Shown here: positions 18,889-28,868 of the stretch, piece by piece | Position numbering within the stretch: position 1 is the first letter of the stretch | How the letters are laid out: every line of letters begins with the position of its first letter | NCBI GenBank assembly: GCA_963677925.2 | Contig: CAXXYH010000004.1 | Coordinates: 416,001 to 480,000, forward strand | Direction: 5' to 3' | Source: Spirochaetia bacterium | GTDB taxonomy: Bacteria; Spirochaetota; Spirochaetia; UBA9216 | Length of the DNA stretch: 64,000 nt | Position numbers and translations under genes: made by a program | The notes under the pieces: model-generated | Database searches by the model: none | What the model saw: the letters and a program-made list of their open reading frames with translations, nothing else | What the model was told of the DNA's origin: nothing

Positions 18889-21028
18889 ATATACAATAGC
18901 CTTTGTAGGAAACCCAAACAGCGGAAAAAGTACTCTTTTTAATGCTCTTACCGGAGCACGTCAGCAGATTGGAAACTGGCCCGGTGTAACCGTTGAAAGA
19001 GTGGAAGGCAGTTACCTTTTCAACAATATAAAATACAGCCTGATTGACCTCCCTGGTATTTATTCTCTTACTCCGAATACCGAGGACGAAAGAGTTTCTA
19101 GAGACTATATTCTTGAACATGATGCGGATCTGGTCGTAAATGTTGTAGATTCTTCGAATCTTGCAAGAAATCTATATCTTACTGCTCAGCTTATAGAAAT
19201 GAAGGTTCCGGTCATTGTTGTTCTTAACATGATGGATCTTGCCAGAGCCAATGGGTACAGTATCGATGTTGAGCACTTAAGTGCCCACCTGAAATGTCCG
19301 GTTTTTGCAATGAGCGCAGTTGAACAGGCTGATGTCAGAAAGCTGCGGGAAAATCTGCTTCTTTACATTGAGAATAAAACTGTTTCTGATGCTGTTATCA
19401 AATATCCGAATGAAATTGAAGAGCAGATAAAAACCTGGTCGGAAAAAATTGATGGCTCCGGTGTAAAATTCAGGCTTGATTTAAGATGGATGCTTCTCAG
19501 AGTAATAGAAGAGGATCCCTGGATTACTGGAAAAATTACGAAAACCGAAGTACTTGAAAAAGAAGAAATTATTTCAGGAATAGAAAAGATAAAAACAATT
19601 CTTAATGAAGCACCTGATATGGTTATAGCAGATTATGTCTACGGAGCAGTAAACGGTGTTTGCCGTGAAGTTCTTCAAAAGGTTAAGACTGCAAAACCGG
19701 TTAGCGATAGAATTGATTCTGTGGTTATGCACCCGCTTCTGGGGGTACCCGTTTTTCTTCTTGTAATGCTGCTGGTCTTTTTTGTTACTATTGAAATAGG
19801 GAATATCTTTGTTGACTGGTTTGATCAGCTTGCAGGTATTGTTTTTGTAGATGGTTTCGGATCTTTAATTTCGATGACCGGTGCTCCTGACTGGGTTAGA
19901 TATCTGCTTGCAGACGGTGTAGGCTCGGGAATTCAGACAGTTATTTCCTTTATACCCTTCGTGTTTTTTATGTTTCTTATGCTGTCATTGCTTGAAGATT
20001 CGGGTTACATGGCCCGGGCTGCTTTTGTTATGGATAAGTTCATGGGCAAACTCGGACTGCCGGGAAAGGCCTTTGTGCCGATGATTGTAGGTTTCGGCTG
20101 TACCGTACCGGCAATACTGGCAACACGGACACTTGATAATAAAAGAGACCGTATGATTACGGTTTTTATGGTACCGATGATGTCCTGCGGGGCAAAACTG
20201 CCGGTATATGCACTTTTTGCTGCTGCTTTTTTTCCGCACAGTACGGGTTTTATCGTTTTCTCTCTTTATCTGGCCGGTATTCTTGTTGCGATTCTTTCCG
20301 GTCTTCTGATTAAATTTACACTGTTCAGCGGAGAGCCGTCACATCTGATTATGGAACTTCCTCGTTACCATGTACCGAGAGCCAGACATATACTCCTTCA
20401 TACCTGGACCAGGGTGAAGGATTTTATAAAGAGGGCAGGCAAGGTTATTATCGTTGCTGTATTCCTTCTTTCAGTACTTTCCTCAATCACTATCAATGGA
20501 AAATTTGAGCCGCACAACACCGGAGATTCAGTTCTTTCGTCTGTTGGCAAAGTTCTGACCCCGGTATTTACTCCGATGGGGGTATCAGAAGATAACTGGC
20601 CGGCAACTGTCGGTCTGTTTACCGGAATCCTTGCAAAGGAATCAATAGTCGGGACGCTGAGTGCTCTCTACAGTCAGACAGAAGCTGCCGAAGCACATGA
20701 AAGCGGGTTTGCTGTATTAAGAAGCCGCTTTTCCCCGGCTGCGGCTTACTCATATCTTCTATTTGTCCTGCTATACATGCCCTGCATTGCAGCTGTAAGT
20801 GCTGCTATGAAGGAAATAAGTGTAAAGTTCGGGCTTCTACAGGCTTTTTATCTGACGATAGTCGCCTGGATTTTTTCAACTCTTTTCTTTCAGATTGCAG
20901 AAGGGCATAATCCGGTATTTCTAATCATTCCTCTTTTAACTGTCGTTCTCATTACAGCTGCTTTTAAAACTGTGGGAAACTATTTCCGCAGGCAGGACCG
21001 TCTGTATAAGGATCCTGTTGACGGTTGA
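18872..21028 (+). CDS. feoB: Ferrous iron transport protein B
   Basis: GNPNSGKS, GNWPGVTVE, DLPG, NMMD, LEDSGYMAR, GFGC, MELP; start at ATG 18872. Confidence 0.96.
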   Translation: MSGKTEYTIAFVGNPNSGKSTLFNALTGARQQIGNWPGVTVERVEGSYLFNNIKYSLIDLPGIYSLTPNTEDERVSRDYILEHDADLVVNVVDSSNLARNLYLTAQLIEMKVPVIVVLNMMDLARANGYSIDVEHLSAHLKCPVFAMSAVEQADVRKLRENLLLYIENKTVSDAVIKYPNEIEEQIKTWSEKIDGSGVKFRLDLRWMLLRVIEEDPWITGKITKTEVLEKEEIISGIEKIKTILNEAPDMVIADYVYGAVNGVCREVLQKVKTAKPVSDRIDSVVMHPLLGVPVFLLVMLLVFFVTIEIGNIFVDWFDQLAGIVFVDGFGSLISMTGAPDWVRYLLADGVGSGIQTVISFIPFVFFMFLMLSLLEDSGYMARAAFVMDKFMGKLGLPGKAFVPMIVGFGCTVPAILATRTLDNKRDRMITVFMVPMMSCGAKLPVYALFAAAFFPHSTGFIVFSLYLAGILVAILSGLLIKFTLFSGEPSHLIMELPRYHVPRARHILLHTWTRVKDFIKRAGKVIIVAVFLLSVLSSITINGKFEPHNTGDSVLSSVGKVLTPVFTPMGVSEDNWPATVGLFTGILAKESIVGTLSALYSQTEAAEAHESGFAVLRSRFSPAAAYSYLLFVLLYMPCIAAVSAAMKEISVKFGLLQAFYLTIVAWIFSTLFFQIAEGHNPVFLIIPLLTVVLITAAFKTVGNYFRRQDRLYKDPVDG

Positions 21029-21097
21029 CAAAGCACCACTGCAGGCAGACAATTTAATAATACAGGTATATAATATTCCTACCACAGGGAGGACAAT

Positions 21098-21808
21098 ATG
21101 AGTTTACACATTGGTGCGGATAAGGGCGTTATTGCTGACACCGTTTTAATGCCGGGAGATCCGCTGCGCGCAAAATATGCAGCAGAAAAATTTCTTGAAA
21201 ATCCGGTTTGTCATAATAATGTTCGCGGAATGCTTGGATACACCGGAACCTACAAAGGCAAGAAAATATCTATTCAGGGCAGCGGAATGGGGCAGCCCTC
21301 AATCGGTATTTATGCCTATGAGCTAATCAATGATTATGATGTTAAGACCATCATGAGAATAGGCTCCTGCGGATCTGTACAGCCTGAGATTGAATTAAGA
21401 GAAGTAATCATTGCAATGACAGCTTCAACAAATTCAGCAATCAACAAGGGTGTTTTTAAGGGAATGGATTTTTGTCCCTGCGCAGATCCCGATCTTTTTA
21501 TCAATGCTGTTAATAAGGGAAAAGAATTAGGATTTAAGACTAGGGCAGGTAATATTCTTTCCTCTGATGTATTTTACGATGATGATCCTGAAATCTGGAA
21601 ACTATGGGCACGATACGGAATTCTTGGAATTGAAATGGAAGCTTCCGCATTGTATTCACTTGCTGCAAAATTCGGAATAAAAGCACTGGCAATTTGTACC
21701 GTCAGCGACAGCATTGTAAATCAGACTCTTTTGAGCAGTGAAGAGCGTGAAAAAACCTTCGACGACATGATTATTCTTGCTCTCGAAACTGCTCTTGTAA
21801 CGGAGTAA
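21098..21808 (+). CDS. deoD: Purine-nucleoside phosphorylase
   Basis: PGDPLRA, GMGQPS, RIGSCG, EMEA, TVSD. Confidence 0.95.
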   Translation: MSLHIGADKGVIADTVLMPGDPLRAKYAAEKFLENPVCHNNVRGMLGYTGTYKGKKISIQGSGMGQPSIGIYAYELINDYDVKTIMRIGSCGSVQPEIELREVIIAMTASTNSAINKGVFKGMDFCPCADPDLFINAVNKGKELGFKTRAGNILSSDVFYDDDPEIWKLWARYGILGIEMEASALYSLAAKFGIKALAICTVSDSIVNQTLLSSEEREKTFDDMIILALETALVTE

Positions 21809-21810
21809 TT

Positions 21811-22293
21811 TTGAAACTCGAAAGTGAACTGGAAAATGCCAGGAAAAGATACAAGGAAACCAAGGCTGTAATTGAAAAGCTGAAAAAATTCAAGAGAAAG
21901 GATCTGGATGAACTTTTTTTCAGGATTCATGATCAGGTTTTCGAAGATATTGACTGCAGGGAATGCGGAAACTGCTGTAAGACGCTGGGGCCCAGGGTTA
22001 CCAACAGGGACATACAGAAAATCAGCAAGTATATAAATATGAGGGCAGGGAAGGTAGTAAAGTTTTACCTTGATGTTGATGAAGACAACGATTTTGTTTT
22101 TAACCAGATGCCCTGTCCTTTCCTGGAGGATGGGAATTTCTGTAAAATTTACGATGCCCGTCCGCGTGCCTGTGAAGAATTTCCGCATACGGATCTGCCC
22201 AATATGCAGAAAAAACTTCATATTACACTGAAAAACAGTCTGGTCTGTCCGGCTGTCTTCAGAATGATTGAATTAATAAAAGAAGAGATCTGA
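21811..22293 (+). CDS. YkgJ family cysteine-cluster protein
   Basis: CRECGNCC, CPFL, CKIYDARPRACEEFP. Confidence 0.88.
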   Translation: MKLESELENARKRYKETKAVIEKLKKFKRKDLDELFFRIHDQVFEDIDCRECGNCCKTLGPRVTNRDIQKISKYINMRAGKVVKFYLDVDEDNDFVFNQMPCPFLEDGNFCKIYDARPRACEEFPHTDLPNMQKKLHITLKNSLVCPAVFRMIELIKEEI

Positions 22294-23216
22294 TGGATAA
22301 ACACAGAACTGCCAGGATAAAACAGGCTTCGGTAGCCGGGATCGCCGGAAACGGCTTCCTTGCAGTTCTGAAAATCACTTTCGGTACGATCGGCGGCAGT
22401 GCTGCCCTTGTTGGTGCAGGCATAGATACTGCTACTGATATTATCTCTTCTCTGATATCCCTTTTTACTGCAAATATAATTTCAAAACCGCCCGATCGGG
22501 AACATCCATATGGACACGGCAGGGCGGAAACCATCGCTGCAAAAATACTTTCATTCATTATAATCTTTGCGGGGGCACAGCTGCTGCTCTCTTCAATCAC
22601 TGCACTTTTCAGTCATGAAGAAAAAGCTATACCGCAAAATTTTGTTATCTATATTTCAATAATCTCGATAGCAGGGAAAGTAATCCTTTTTCTGTACAAG
22701 ATGAAAATTGGAAAGGAAATCAGCAGTCAGATGGTTATTGCCGATGCGAAGAATATGAGAGCGGATATTGTGCTTTCATCGTCTGTGCTTGCGGGACTCT
22801 TTCTGGTGGAGATTACCAGGCTTCCATTAATTGATTCGATTATGGCCATTGCAGTGGCTTTGTGGATTCTTAAAAGCGGCCTTTCAATTTTTATGGAAAC
22901 AAATGATGAGCTGATGGAGGGTTCGGGTGATACTGAAATCTACAAGCAGGTTTTTGATATTCTCAGAGAGATTGAGGGGATTTCGAATCCCCATCGAGTC
23001 AGAATTAGAAAAATAAATACGATGATTGTTATAGATCTGGATATAGAAGTTGACGGTACCATCAGCGTAAACCGTGGACATGCGCTGGCTGTTAAGGCTG
23101 AAAAGTCAATTATGAAAAAAATAGAGAATGTGTATGACATTATTGTACATGTTGAACCGGACGGTAATTTTGAGAATCAGGAACGCTACGGTTTGACAGA
23201 GCAAAGTCTGGATTAG
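22293..23216 (+). CDS. Cation diffusion facilitator (FieF-like)
   Basis: PPDREHPYGHGRAE, TM helices, C-terminal VHVEP. Confidence 0.9.
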   Translation: MDKHRTARIKQASVAGIAGNGFLAVLKITFGTIGGSAALVGAGIDTATDIISSLISLFTANIISKPPDREHPYGHGRAETIAAKILSFIIIFAGAQLLLSSITALFSHEEKAIPQNFVIYISIISIAGKVILFLYKMKIGKEISSQMVIADAKNMRADIVLSSSVLAGLFLVEITRLPLIDSIMAIAVALWILKSGLSIFMETNDELMEGSGDTEIYKQVFDILREIEGISNPHRVRIRKINTMIVIDLDIEVDGTISVNRGHALAVKAEKSIMKKIENVYDIIVHVEPDGNFENQERYGLTEQSLD

Positions 23217-23256
23217 TATAATTAATAGACATAGAATTTCAGGAGTTAAATAATTT

Positions 23257-24912
23257 ATGGTTGAACCCTTAAAAAAGAATAAGAATATGCAGAAGCGCAG
23301 GGGCCCGGTGGTTCTTGTTATTATGGATGGTGTCGGATACGGCAAATATGAAGAGGGAGACGGCTTCAAGGCCGCAATGACACAGAATCTTGATTCGCTT
23401 ATGAGTGAATGGCCGACTGTAAAGATGAAGGCTCATGGAAAGGCTGTCGGGCTTCCTTCAGATGATGATATGGGAAACAGTGAGGTCGGCCACAATGCAA
23501 TAGGCTGCGGCCGTGTTTTTGCTCAGGGTGCCCAGCTGGTCTCTGATTCAATTGCATCTGGTAATATGTTTACAGGAGATACCTGGAATAAACTGACCGG
23601 CAATTGTAAAACAGCAGGTTCGACAATGCATTTTATCGGCCTGCTGTCTGACGGTAATGTCCATTCCCATATCAGCCATCTGAAAAAGATGATTGAAAAG
23701 GCAAAAGAGGATGGTGTAAAAACCGTAAGAGTTCATGCCCTTTTAGATGGAAGGGATGTTGGAGAAACTTCGGCCCTTGATTATTTCGATCCCTTTGAAG
23801 AGTTCTGCAGTGAACTGAGTACTGACGGATTTTCCGCACGAATTGCCAGCGGCGGCGGTAGAATGGTAATCACGATGGATCGCTATGGAGCAAACTGGGA
23901 TATGGTCCGAAAAGGATGGGAAACACACATTCTCGGAGAGGGCAGAATGTTTGCCAGCCCTCATGAAGCAATCGAAACCCTCAGAGAAGAAACCGGTGCT
24001 ATAGACCAGGATCTTCCTGCCTTTGTTATTGCTGAAAATGATAAGCCTGTCGGTACTATTGAAGACGGAGACTCGGTTGTTTTCTTCAACTTCAGAGGTG
24101 ACCGTGCTCTTGAAATAACAAAGGCCTTTGAGGCAGGTGATGATTTCTCCGAGTTTGACAGAAAAAGAAAACCGAAGGTTGAATATGCCGGTATGATGGA
24201 ATATGACGGTGATCTTCATATTCCCGCACAGTACCTGGTTTCTCCTCCAGCTATCGACAGAACAATGGGTGAATACCTTGCTGCAAGCGGCGTTAAAAGT
24301 TTTGCAATCAGTGAAACCCAGAAATACGGACATGTAACCTACTTTTTCAACGGCAACAAACTGGGTAAGTTCAGTGAAAGCCTTGAAACCTACGAAGAAA
24401 TTCTTTCGGATGTTGTTCCCTTTGAACAGAGACCCTGGATGAAGTGCGCAGAGATAACCGATCGTGTTCTGGACGTAATTGCAGGTGGAGAATATGATTT
24501 TATCCGAATGAATTTTCCAAACGGAGATATGGTGGGACATACCGGTGTTTTTGAAGCAGTTGTCTGCTCAATGGAGGCCCTGGATCTCTGCATCGGCCGT
24601 ATTAAGAAGGCTGTTGAAAAAGCAGGCGGTGTAATGATAGTTTCGGCAGACCATGGAAATTCCGATGATATGTATGAACATGACAAGAAAACCGGAGATG
24701 TAAAGAGAAATACCAACGGTTCTCCGAAGGCAAAGACCGCGCATTCGCTCAATCCGGTTCCCTGTATTATTTATGATCCGGAAGGACAGGGTGAATACAG
24801 TAAAGAACTTAAGCAAGGTCTTGGAATCAGTTCGCTTGCTGCCACAAGCATGGAGTTTCTCGGGTTTGAGGCTCCTGAGGACTACGACAGTTCAGTTTTA
24901 GATTACAAATAA
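23257..24912 (+). CDS. gpmI: 2,3-BPG-independent phosphoglycerate mutase
   Basis: MDG, MGNSEVGH, DGRD, NFRGDR, NGDMVGH, ADHGN. Confidence 0.96.
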   Translation: MVEPLKKNKNMQKRRGPVVLVIMDGVGYGKYEEGDGFKAAMTQNLDSLMSEWPTVKMKAHGKAVGLPSDDDMGNSEVGHNAIGCGRVFAQGAQLVSDSIASGNMFTGDTWNKLTGNCKTAGSTMHFIGLLSDGNVHSHISHLKKMIEKAKEDGVKTVRVHALLDGRDVGETSALDYFDPFEEFCSELSTDGFSARIASGGGRMVITMDRYGANWDMVRKGWETHILGEGRMFASPHEAIETLREETGAIDQDLPAFVIAENDKPVGTIEDGDSVVFFNFRGDRALEITKAFEAGDDFSEFDRKRKPKVEYAGMMEYDGDLHIPAQYLVSPPAIDRTMGEYLAASGVKSFAISETQKYGHVTYFFNGNKLGKFSESLETYEEILSDVVPFEQRPWMKCAEITDRVLDVIAGGEYDFIRMNFPNGDMVGHTGVFEAVVCSMEALDLCIGRIKKAVEKAGGVMIVSADHGNSDDMYEHDKKTGDVKRNTNGSPKAKTAHSLNPVPCIIYDPEGQGEYSKELKQGLGISSLAATSMEFLGFEAPEDYDSSVLDYK

Positions 24913-24926
24913 AAAGTGAGGAAGTA

Positions 24927-26381
24927 ATGAGCATAACAGAAGGTCTGAAGCCGGAAGCATTCTGGAAACATTTCTATAATATTACCAGAATTCCCCGGGA
25001 ATCAGGAAATGAGACAGCTGTAAGAGAATATGTAAAAGCTTTTGCCGAAGAAAGGGGCTTGGAATATCATATAGACTCGATAAAAAATATTCTGGTTCGC
25101 CGGCCTGCATCACCGGGATGTGAAAATAAAAAAGCTGTTGTCCTTCAGGGCCATCTTGATATGGTTTGCGAAAAGAACAGGGATAAAGTACATGACTTTG
25201 ACAAAGACCCGATACCTGTTGTTATAGAAGGAGACTGGCTTAAGGCCGATGGTACAACACTGGGGGCTGACAACGGAGTTGCAATCGCCGCCGGTCTGGC
25301 TGTTCTTGAATATGATGGTCCTCTGGGCATGGTTGAGGTTCTGCTTACCGTAGATGAAGAAACAGGCCTTACCGGTGCCATGAATCTCGATCCTTCGATT
25401 GTAAAATCAAGAATAATGATTAATCTCGATTCAGAAGAGGATGGTTATATCTATATCGGCTGTGCCGGAGGTAAGAATACTGAAGGATGGATTCCTGTTG
25501 GTTTTGAAGATATTGATACTTCTGATTATTCCGCCTTCCATATTGAATTAAAAGGTTTAAAAGGCGGTCATTCAGGCTGTGAAATTCATATGGGGCTTGC
25601 AAATTCCCTTCAGCTTGGAGGACGCTTTCTCTGGAATGCCGGAGAACGCTTTGATACAAGACTTACTGCTGTTGAAGGCGGCGGAAAACATAATGCGATA
25701 CCGCGTGAGTTTTTTGCTGATATTCTTGTTAAAAACTCCGACATGGATGCCTTTATTGAATATGCTGTCATCTACAGGTATATAATTACTACTGAATTCA
25801 AATACATCGAGCAGGATCTTCAGTTTACAGTTGAACAAGTTTCTACGGATGTAAAATCCGTTTATAAAAAAGCAGATGAGAAAAAGATATTGAATTTGGT
25901 ATATACAATGCCGAACGGTGTTATTTCAATGAGTCCGGTTATTGACGGTCTGGTTGAAACTTCAACAAATCTTGCCAGGATTGAACTTAAAGAAAATGGA
26001 GAATTTTATGTTCTTACCTGTCAGCGTTCATCAAGTGACACCGAATGCGATGATATTGCCGATCGTATAAAGGCCTGTATTCTGCAGGCCGGAGGGAGAG
26101 CTGCCTTCAGTCATGAGTATCCCGGATGGGAACCCGACCGTAATTCTGCAATACTCAAAACTTCCGAAAAGGTTTTTAAAGATCTTTACAGCAGGGAGCC
26201 CGTTATTACTGCCATTCATGCGGGACTTGAGTGCGGTGTTATCGGTAAAAAGTTTGAGAAATTGGATATGATCTCTATCGGTCCGGAACTTGCAGATGTG
26301 CATACGCCCGGAGAGAAGATGAAAATATCAACAGTATCAAAACTATGGGATTTTCTAATCAGAATACTCGAAAACGTATAG
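24927..26381 (+). CDS. pepD: Aminoacyl-histidine dipeptidase (M20C)
   Basis: QGHLDMV, TTLGADNG, DEETG, NLDSEE, GGHSG, IHAGLECG. Confidence 0.93.
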   Translation: MSITEGLKPEAFWKHFYNITRIPRESGNETAVREYVKAFAEERGLEYHIDSIKNILVRRPASPGCENKKAVVLQGHLDMVCEKNRDKVHDFDKDPIPVVIEGDWLKADGTTLGADNGVAIAAGLAVLEYDGPLGMVEVLLTVDEETGLTGAMNLDPSIVKSRIMINLDSEEDGYIYIGCAGGKNTEGWIPVGFEDIDTSDYSAFHIELKGLKGGHSGCEIHMGLANSLQLGGRFLWNAGERFDTRLTAVEGGGKHNAIPREFFADILVKNSDMDAFIEYAVIYRYIITTEFKYIEQDLQFTVEQVSTDVKSVYKKADEKKILNLVYTMPNGVISMSPVIDGLVETSTNLARIELKENGEFYVLTCQRSSSDTECDDIADRIKACILQAGGRAAFSHEYPGWEPDRNSAILKTSEKVFKDLYSREPVITAIHAGLECGVIGKKFEKLDMISIGPELADVHTPGEKMKISTVSKLWDFLIRILENV

Positions 26382-26396
26382 AAAGGGAGTCTTAAA

Positions 26397-26729
26397 GTGG
26401 CGATGAAGAAATCGGGAGTTTTAAAAGTTATATACGATACATCGTTTCCGGTTAATAAACTGGTAATACATCCGAATACAGGCTTTGAACTTAATTTTAT
26501 GCAGATAAAATACAACGCAAAAGCCTTCATCAATACGAATGTGGAATCATTTGTAAGCGGTGACGCTGAAGCCTTCTGTGATGTTGAAATTTTTCTTCTG
26601 AATGAATGTAAACAGGAGACAATTGAGATCGGGCATAAAATGTGGCAGCAGCTGAATGAGCCTGATAAGATTCTTCTTGTTTATGATGAAGATAAAAACC
26701 GTATTATGCTTGCGGGCGGAAAAAACTAA
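26397..26729 (+). CDS. Hypothetical protein (110 aa)
   Basis: GGGAG SD 7 nt before GTG; follows pepD; ends at terminator; no family recognised. Confidence 0.7.
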   Translation: MAMKKSGVLKVIYDTSFPVNKLVIHPNTGFELNFMQIKYNAKAFINTNVESFVSGDAEAFCDVEIFLLNECKQETIEIGHKMWQQLNEPDKILLVYDEDKNRIMLAGGKN

Positions 26730-26774
26730 AAAAAGCCGCTTTGATATTCCTTTTACGGATAATCAAAGCGGCTT
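26728..26774. terminator. Terminator between convergent genes
   Basis: 13-bp stem AAGCCGCTTTGAT/ATCAAAGCGGCTT; U-run on minus strand. Confidence 0.8.
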
Positions 26775-26806
26775 ACTTCTAAAACCTTAAGTATTAAAGA
26801 ATCATA

Positions 26807-28021
26807 TTACATTGCTTTAATCTCGGATGCCATCTGTTTTACGCTTGCAACAGCCTTCTTTATGTCCTCTTCGGTTGGAGCGCCCTGCCATTCAGAAGGT
26901 TCCATACATTCCCAGTTCAGACTCTCTGTAAGCTCTTTAAACTGTTTTTGTGCACCACCGGACCAGCCGAATGAACCGAATCGGAATACCTTTCTTTTTT
27001 TAACATGGCTTCTATCAAGAATATCAATTACATGTGCCATAGGGGGGAACATTCTGTATTCATAGGTCGGCATTCCGAAAATCAAACCGGCGGATTTCCA
27101 TGCGTCGGCAAGAACCCAGGAAGAATGTTCCTGTGGAACTCTATGAACGTGAATAGGCAGCCCTTCGGCTAGAACTGCGTCAATTATGGGCTGTACGAGT
27201 CTTTCTGTATTTCCATACATACTTGACCAGATAAGGGTAATTTCTTTTTCAGCATTTCCATCATGATATGAGGCGAGTTTTCGATAATATTCGATTATTT
27301 CGGATGGATTTTTACGGTAAATTATTCCATGAGATGGGGCAATTACCTTTACCGGAAGCTTCTCGACTTTATCAATTGCTTTTAGAACAAAGCTGGAAAA
27401 AGTTGAGACTATGTTGGAATAGTATCGAAGTGTTTCACCTTCAAAAAAGATTTTTTCTTCAGGTGTGAGCTGATCATCAAACATGTGTTCGCCGACCCGT
27501 CCGAACATTCCGAATGCATCACAGGAAAAAAGTACCCCGGTTGAACTGTCGAATGTGACCATTGTTTCAGGCCAGTGAACATTCGGCGCATCCTCAAAGG
27601 CCAGAACCTTTCCCCCGCCCAAATCAAGACTGTCTCCACTGCCTACAATATTGACTTTGTCATCAAATTTATAAAAGGCTTTAATAAGCGGAGCTGCTTT
27701 TTTTGAACAGTAGATTTCAAGATTCGGGTTCTTTTTTTTCATCTCGGCAAGACTGCCGGTATGATCTGGTTCCATATGATTTATTATCAGATAATCGAGA
27801 TCTTTGAGGGAGGTTCCGGCATCAGCCAGCTGTTCACTGATCTGTCCGACCGCTCCATCCCAGTCCTTGACCAGATCGATCAGGGCTGTTTTTTCACCTT
27901 TAACAAGATAGGAGTTCAGGGAGACTCCGTGCGGTATCGGCCAGATTCCTTCAAAAAGGTCCTTATTGCCGATGTTGGCACTGATTCTGTAAACTCCATC
28001 TGCTATTGTCACCGCTTTCAT
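26807..28021 (-). CDS. fprA: FprA family A-type flavodiiron protein
   Basis: NHMEPDH, HWPE, SCDAFG, PSHG, flavodoxin SMYGNT, GSFGWSGG. Confidence 0.93.
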   Translation of the reverse strand: MKAVTIADGVYRISANIGNKDLFEGIWPIPHGVSLNSYLVKGEKTALIDLVKDWDGAVGQISEQLADAGTSLKDLDYLIINHMEPDHTGSLAEMKKKNPNLEIYCSKKAAPLIKAFYKFDDKVNIVGSGDSLDLGGGKVLAFEDAPNVHWPETMVTFDSSTGVLFSCDAFGMFGRVGEHMFDDQLTPEEKIFFEGETLRYYSNIVSTFSSFVLKAIDKVEKLPVKVIAPSHGIIYRKNPSEIIEYYRKLASYHDGNAEKEITLIWSSMYGNTERLVQPIIDAVLAEGLPIHVHRVPQEHSSWVLADAWKSAGLIFGMPTYEYRMFPPMAHVIDILDRSHVKKRKVFRFGSFGWSGGAQKQFKELTESLNWECMEPSEWQGAPTEEDIKKAVASVKQMASEIKAM

Positions 28022-28101
28022 GAAAAACTCCGTATTTATCGCTATTTGATTAAAATAATAATACTTAAATTAACGAAATACAAGAAGCGCCGGACAATTG
28101 T

Positions 28102-28851
28102 TCAATTCAGGGTTTTTATATATTCAACACCATTTCGTATTATATCAAGACCATAGGCTCTTTCTATTTTTTCCCTTTTCCACATCGGATGGTTTTCAGG
28201 ACTGATAAAAGCTTCCGGATGAGGCATCAAACCAAGTATTCTTCCTGTAGGGTCGCTGATGCCGGCAATACTTTCAACAGAACCGTTAGGGTTGTCTCTG
28301 TAGCGAAGTACATCAAGGCGCTGTTCCTTAATTTTACCAAGCAGCTCATCAGAAGCCGGAATAAAACGGCCTTCTCCGTGCCTGATTGGGAGATCGATTG
28401 CTGAAATATCCTTAAGCCATACGCAATTATTGTTTTCAAGGCTTTCCAGAGTCACCCAGTCATCAATGAAGGTTCCGCATTCGTTATGTACAAGGGTCAC
28501 CTCCGGTGTCCACTCACCAGAAAGATTGGGCAGTACTCCCATCTTTACAAGAACCTGAAAGCCGTTGCAGATACCGATAATGAGGTTCCCGTCAGCTATG
28601 AATTTCTCCAGTTTTTCCTTCAGGTTTTTCCTGAACATGTGGGCAAATACAAGTCCTGAACCCAGATGGTCTCCGAAGGAGAAGCCGCCCGGGAACCCGA
28701 GGATTCGGTAGTCATCAAGAATAGATGGATCGGAGATTAAATCGTTAATATGAACCAGATCTGCAGAGGCTCCGGCCAGCCTGAAGGCTTCAGCCAGATC
28801 CCTGTCAGAGTTTATTCCAAATCCTGTTATGATACATGTCTTTACAGTCAT
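28102..28851 (-). CDS. purQ: FGAM synthase glutaminase subunit
   Basis: PGGFSFGD, GICNGFQ, HGEG, MPHPE. Confidence 0.93.
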   Translation of the reverse strand: MTVKTCIITGFGINSDRDLAEAFRLAGASADLVHINDLISDPSILDDYRILGFPGGFSFGDHLGSGLVFAHMFRKNLKEKLEKFIADGNLIIGICNGFQVLVKMGVLPNLSGEWTPEVTLVHNECGTFIDDWVTLESLENNNCVWLKDISAIDLPIRHGEGRFIPASDELLGKIKEQRLDVLRYRDNPNGSVESIAGISDPTGRILGLMPHPEAFISPENHPMWKREKIERAYGLDIIRNGVEYIKTLN

Positions 28852-28868
28852 AGTTTCTCCATTGTGTG

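Noticed and set aside
23743-24540. 265-aa antisense ORF within gpmI, and other shadow ORFs such as 28750-29358, 51310-51984, 61600-62139
   Set aside because: Antisense to well-supported genes, no family motifs; expected from codon bias
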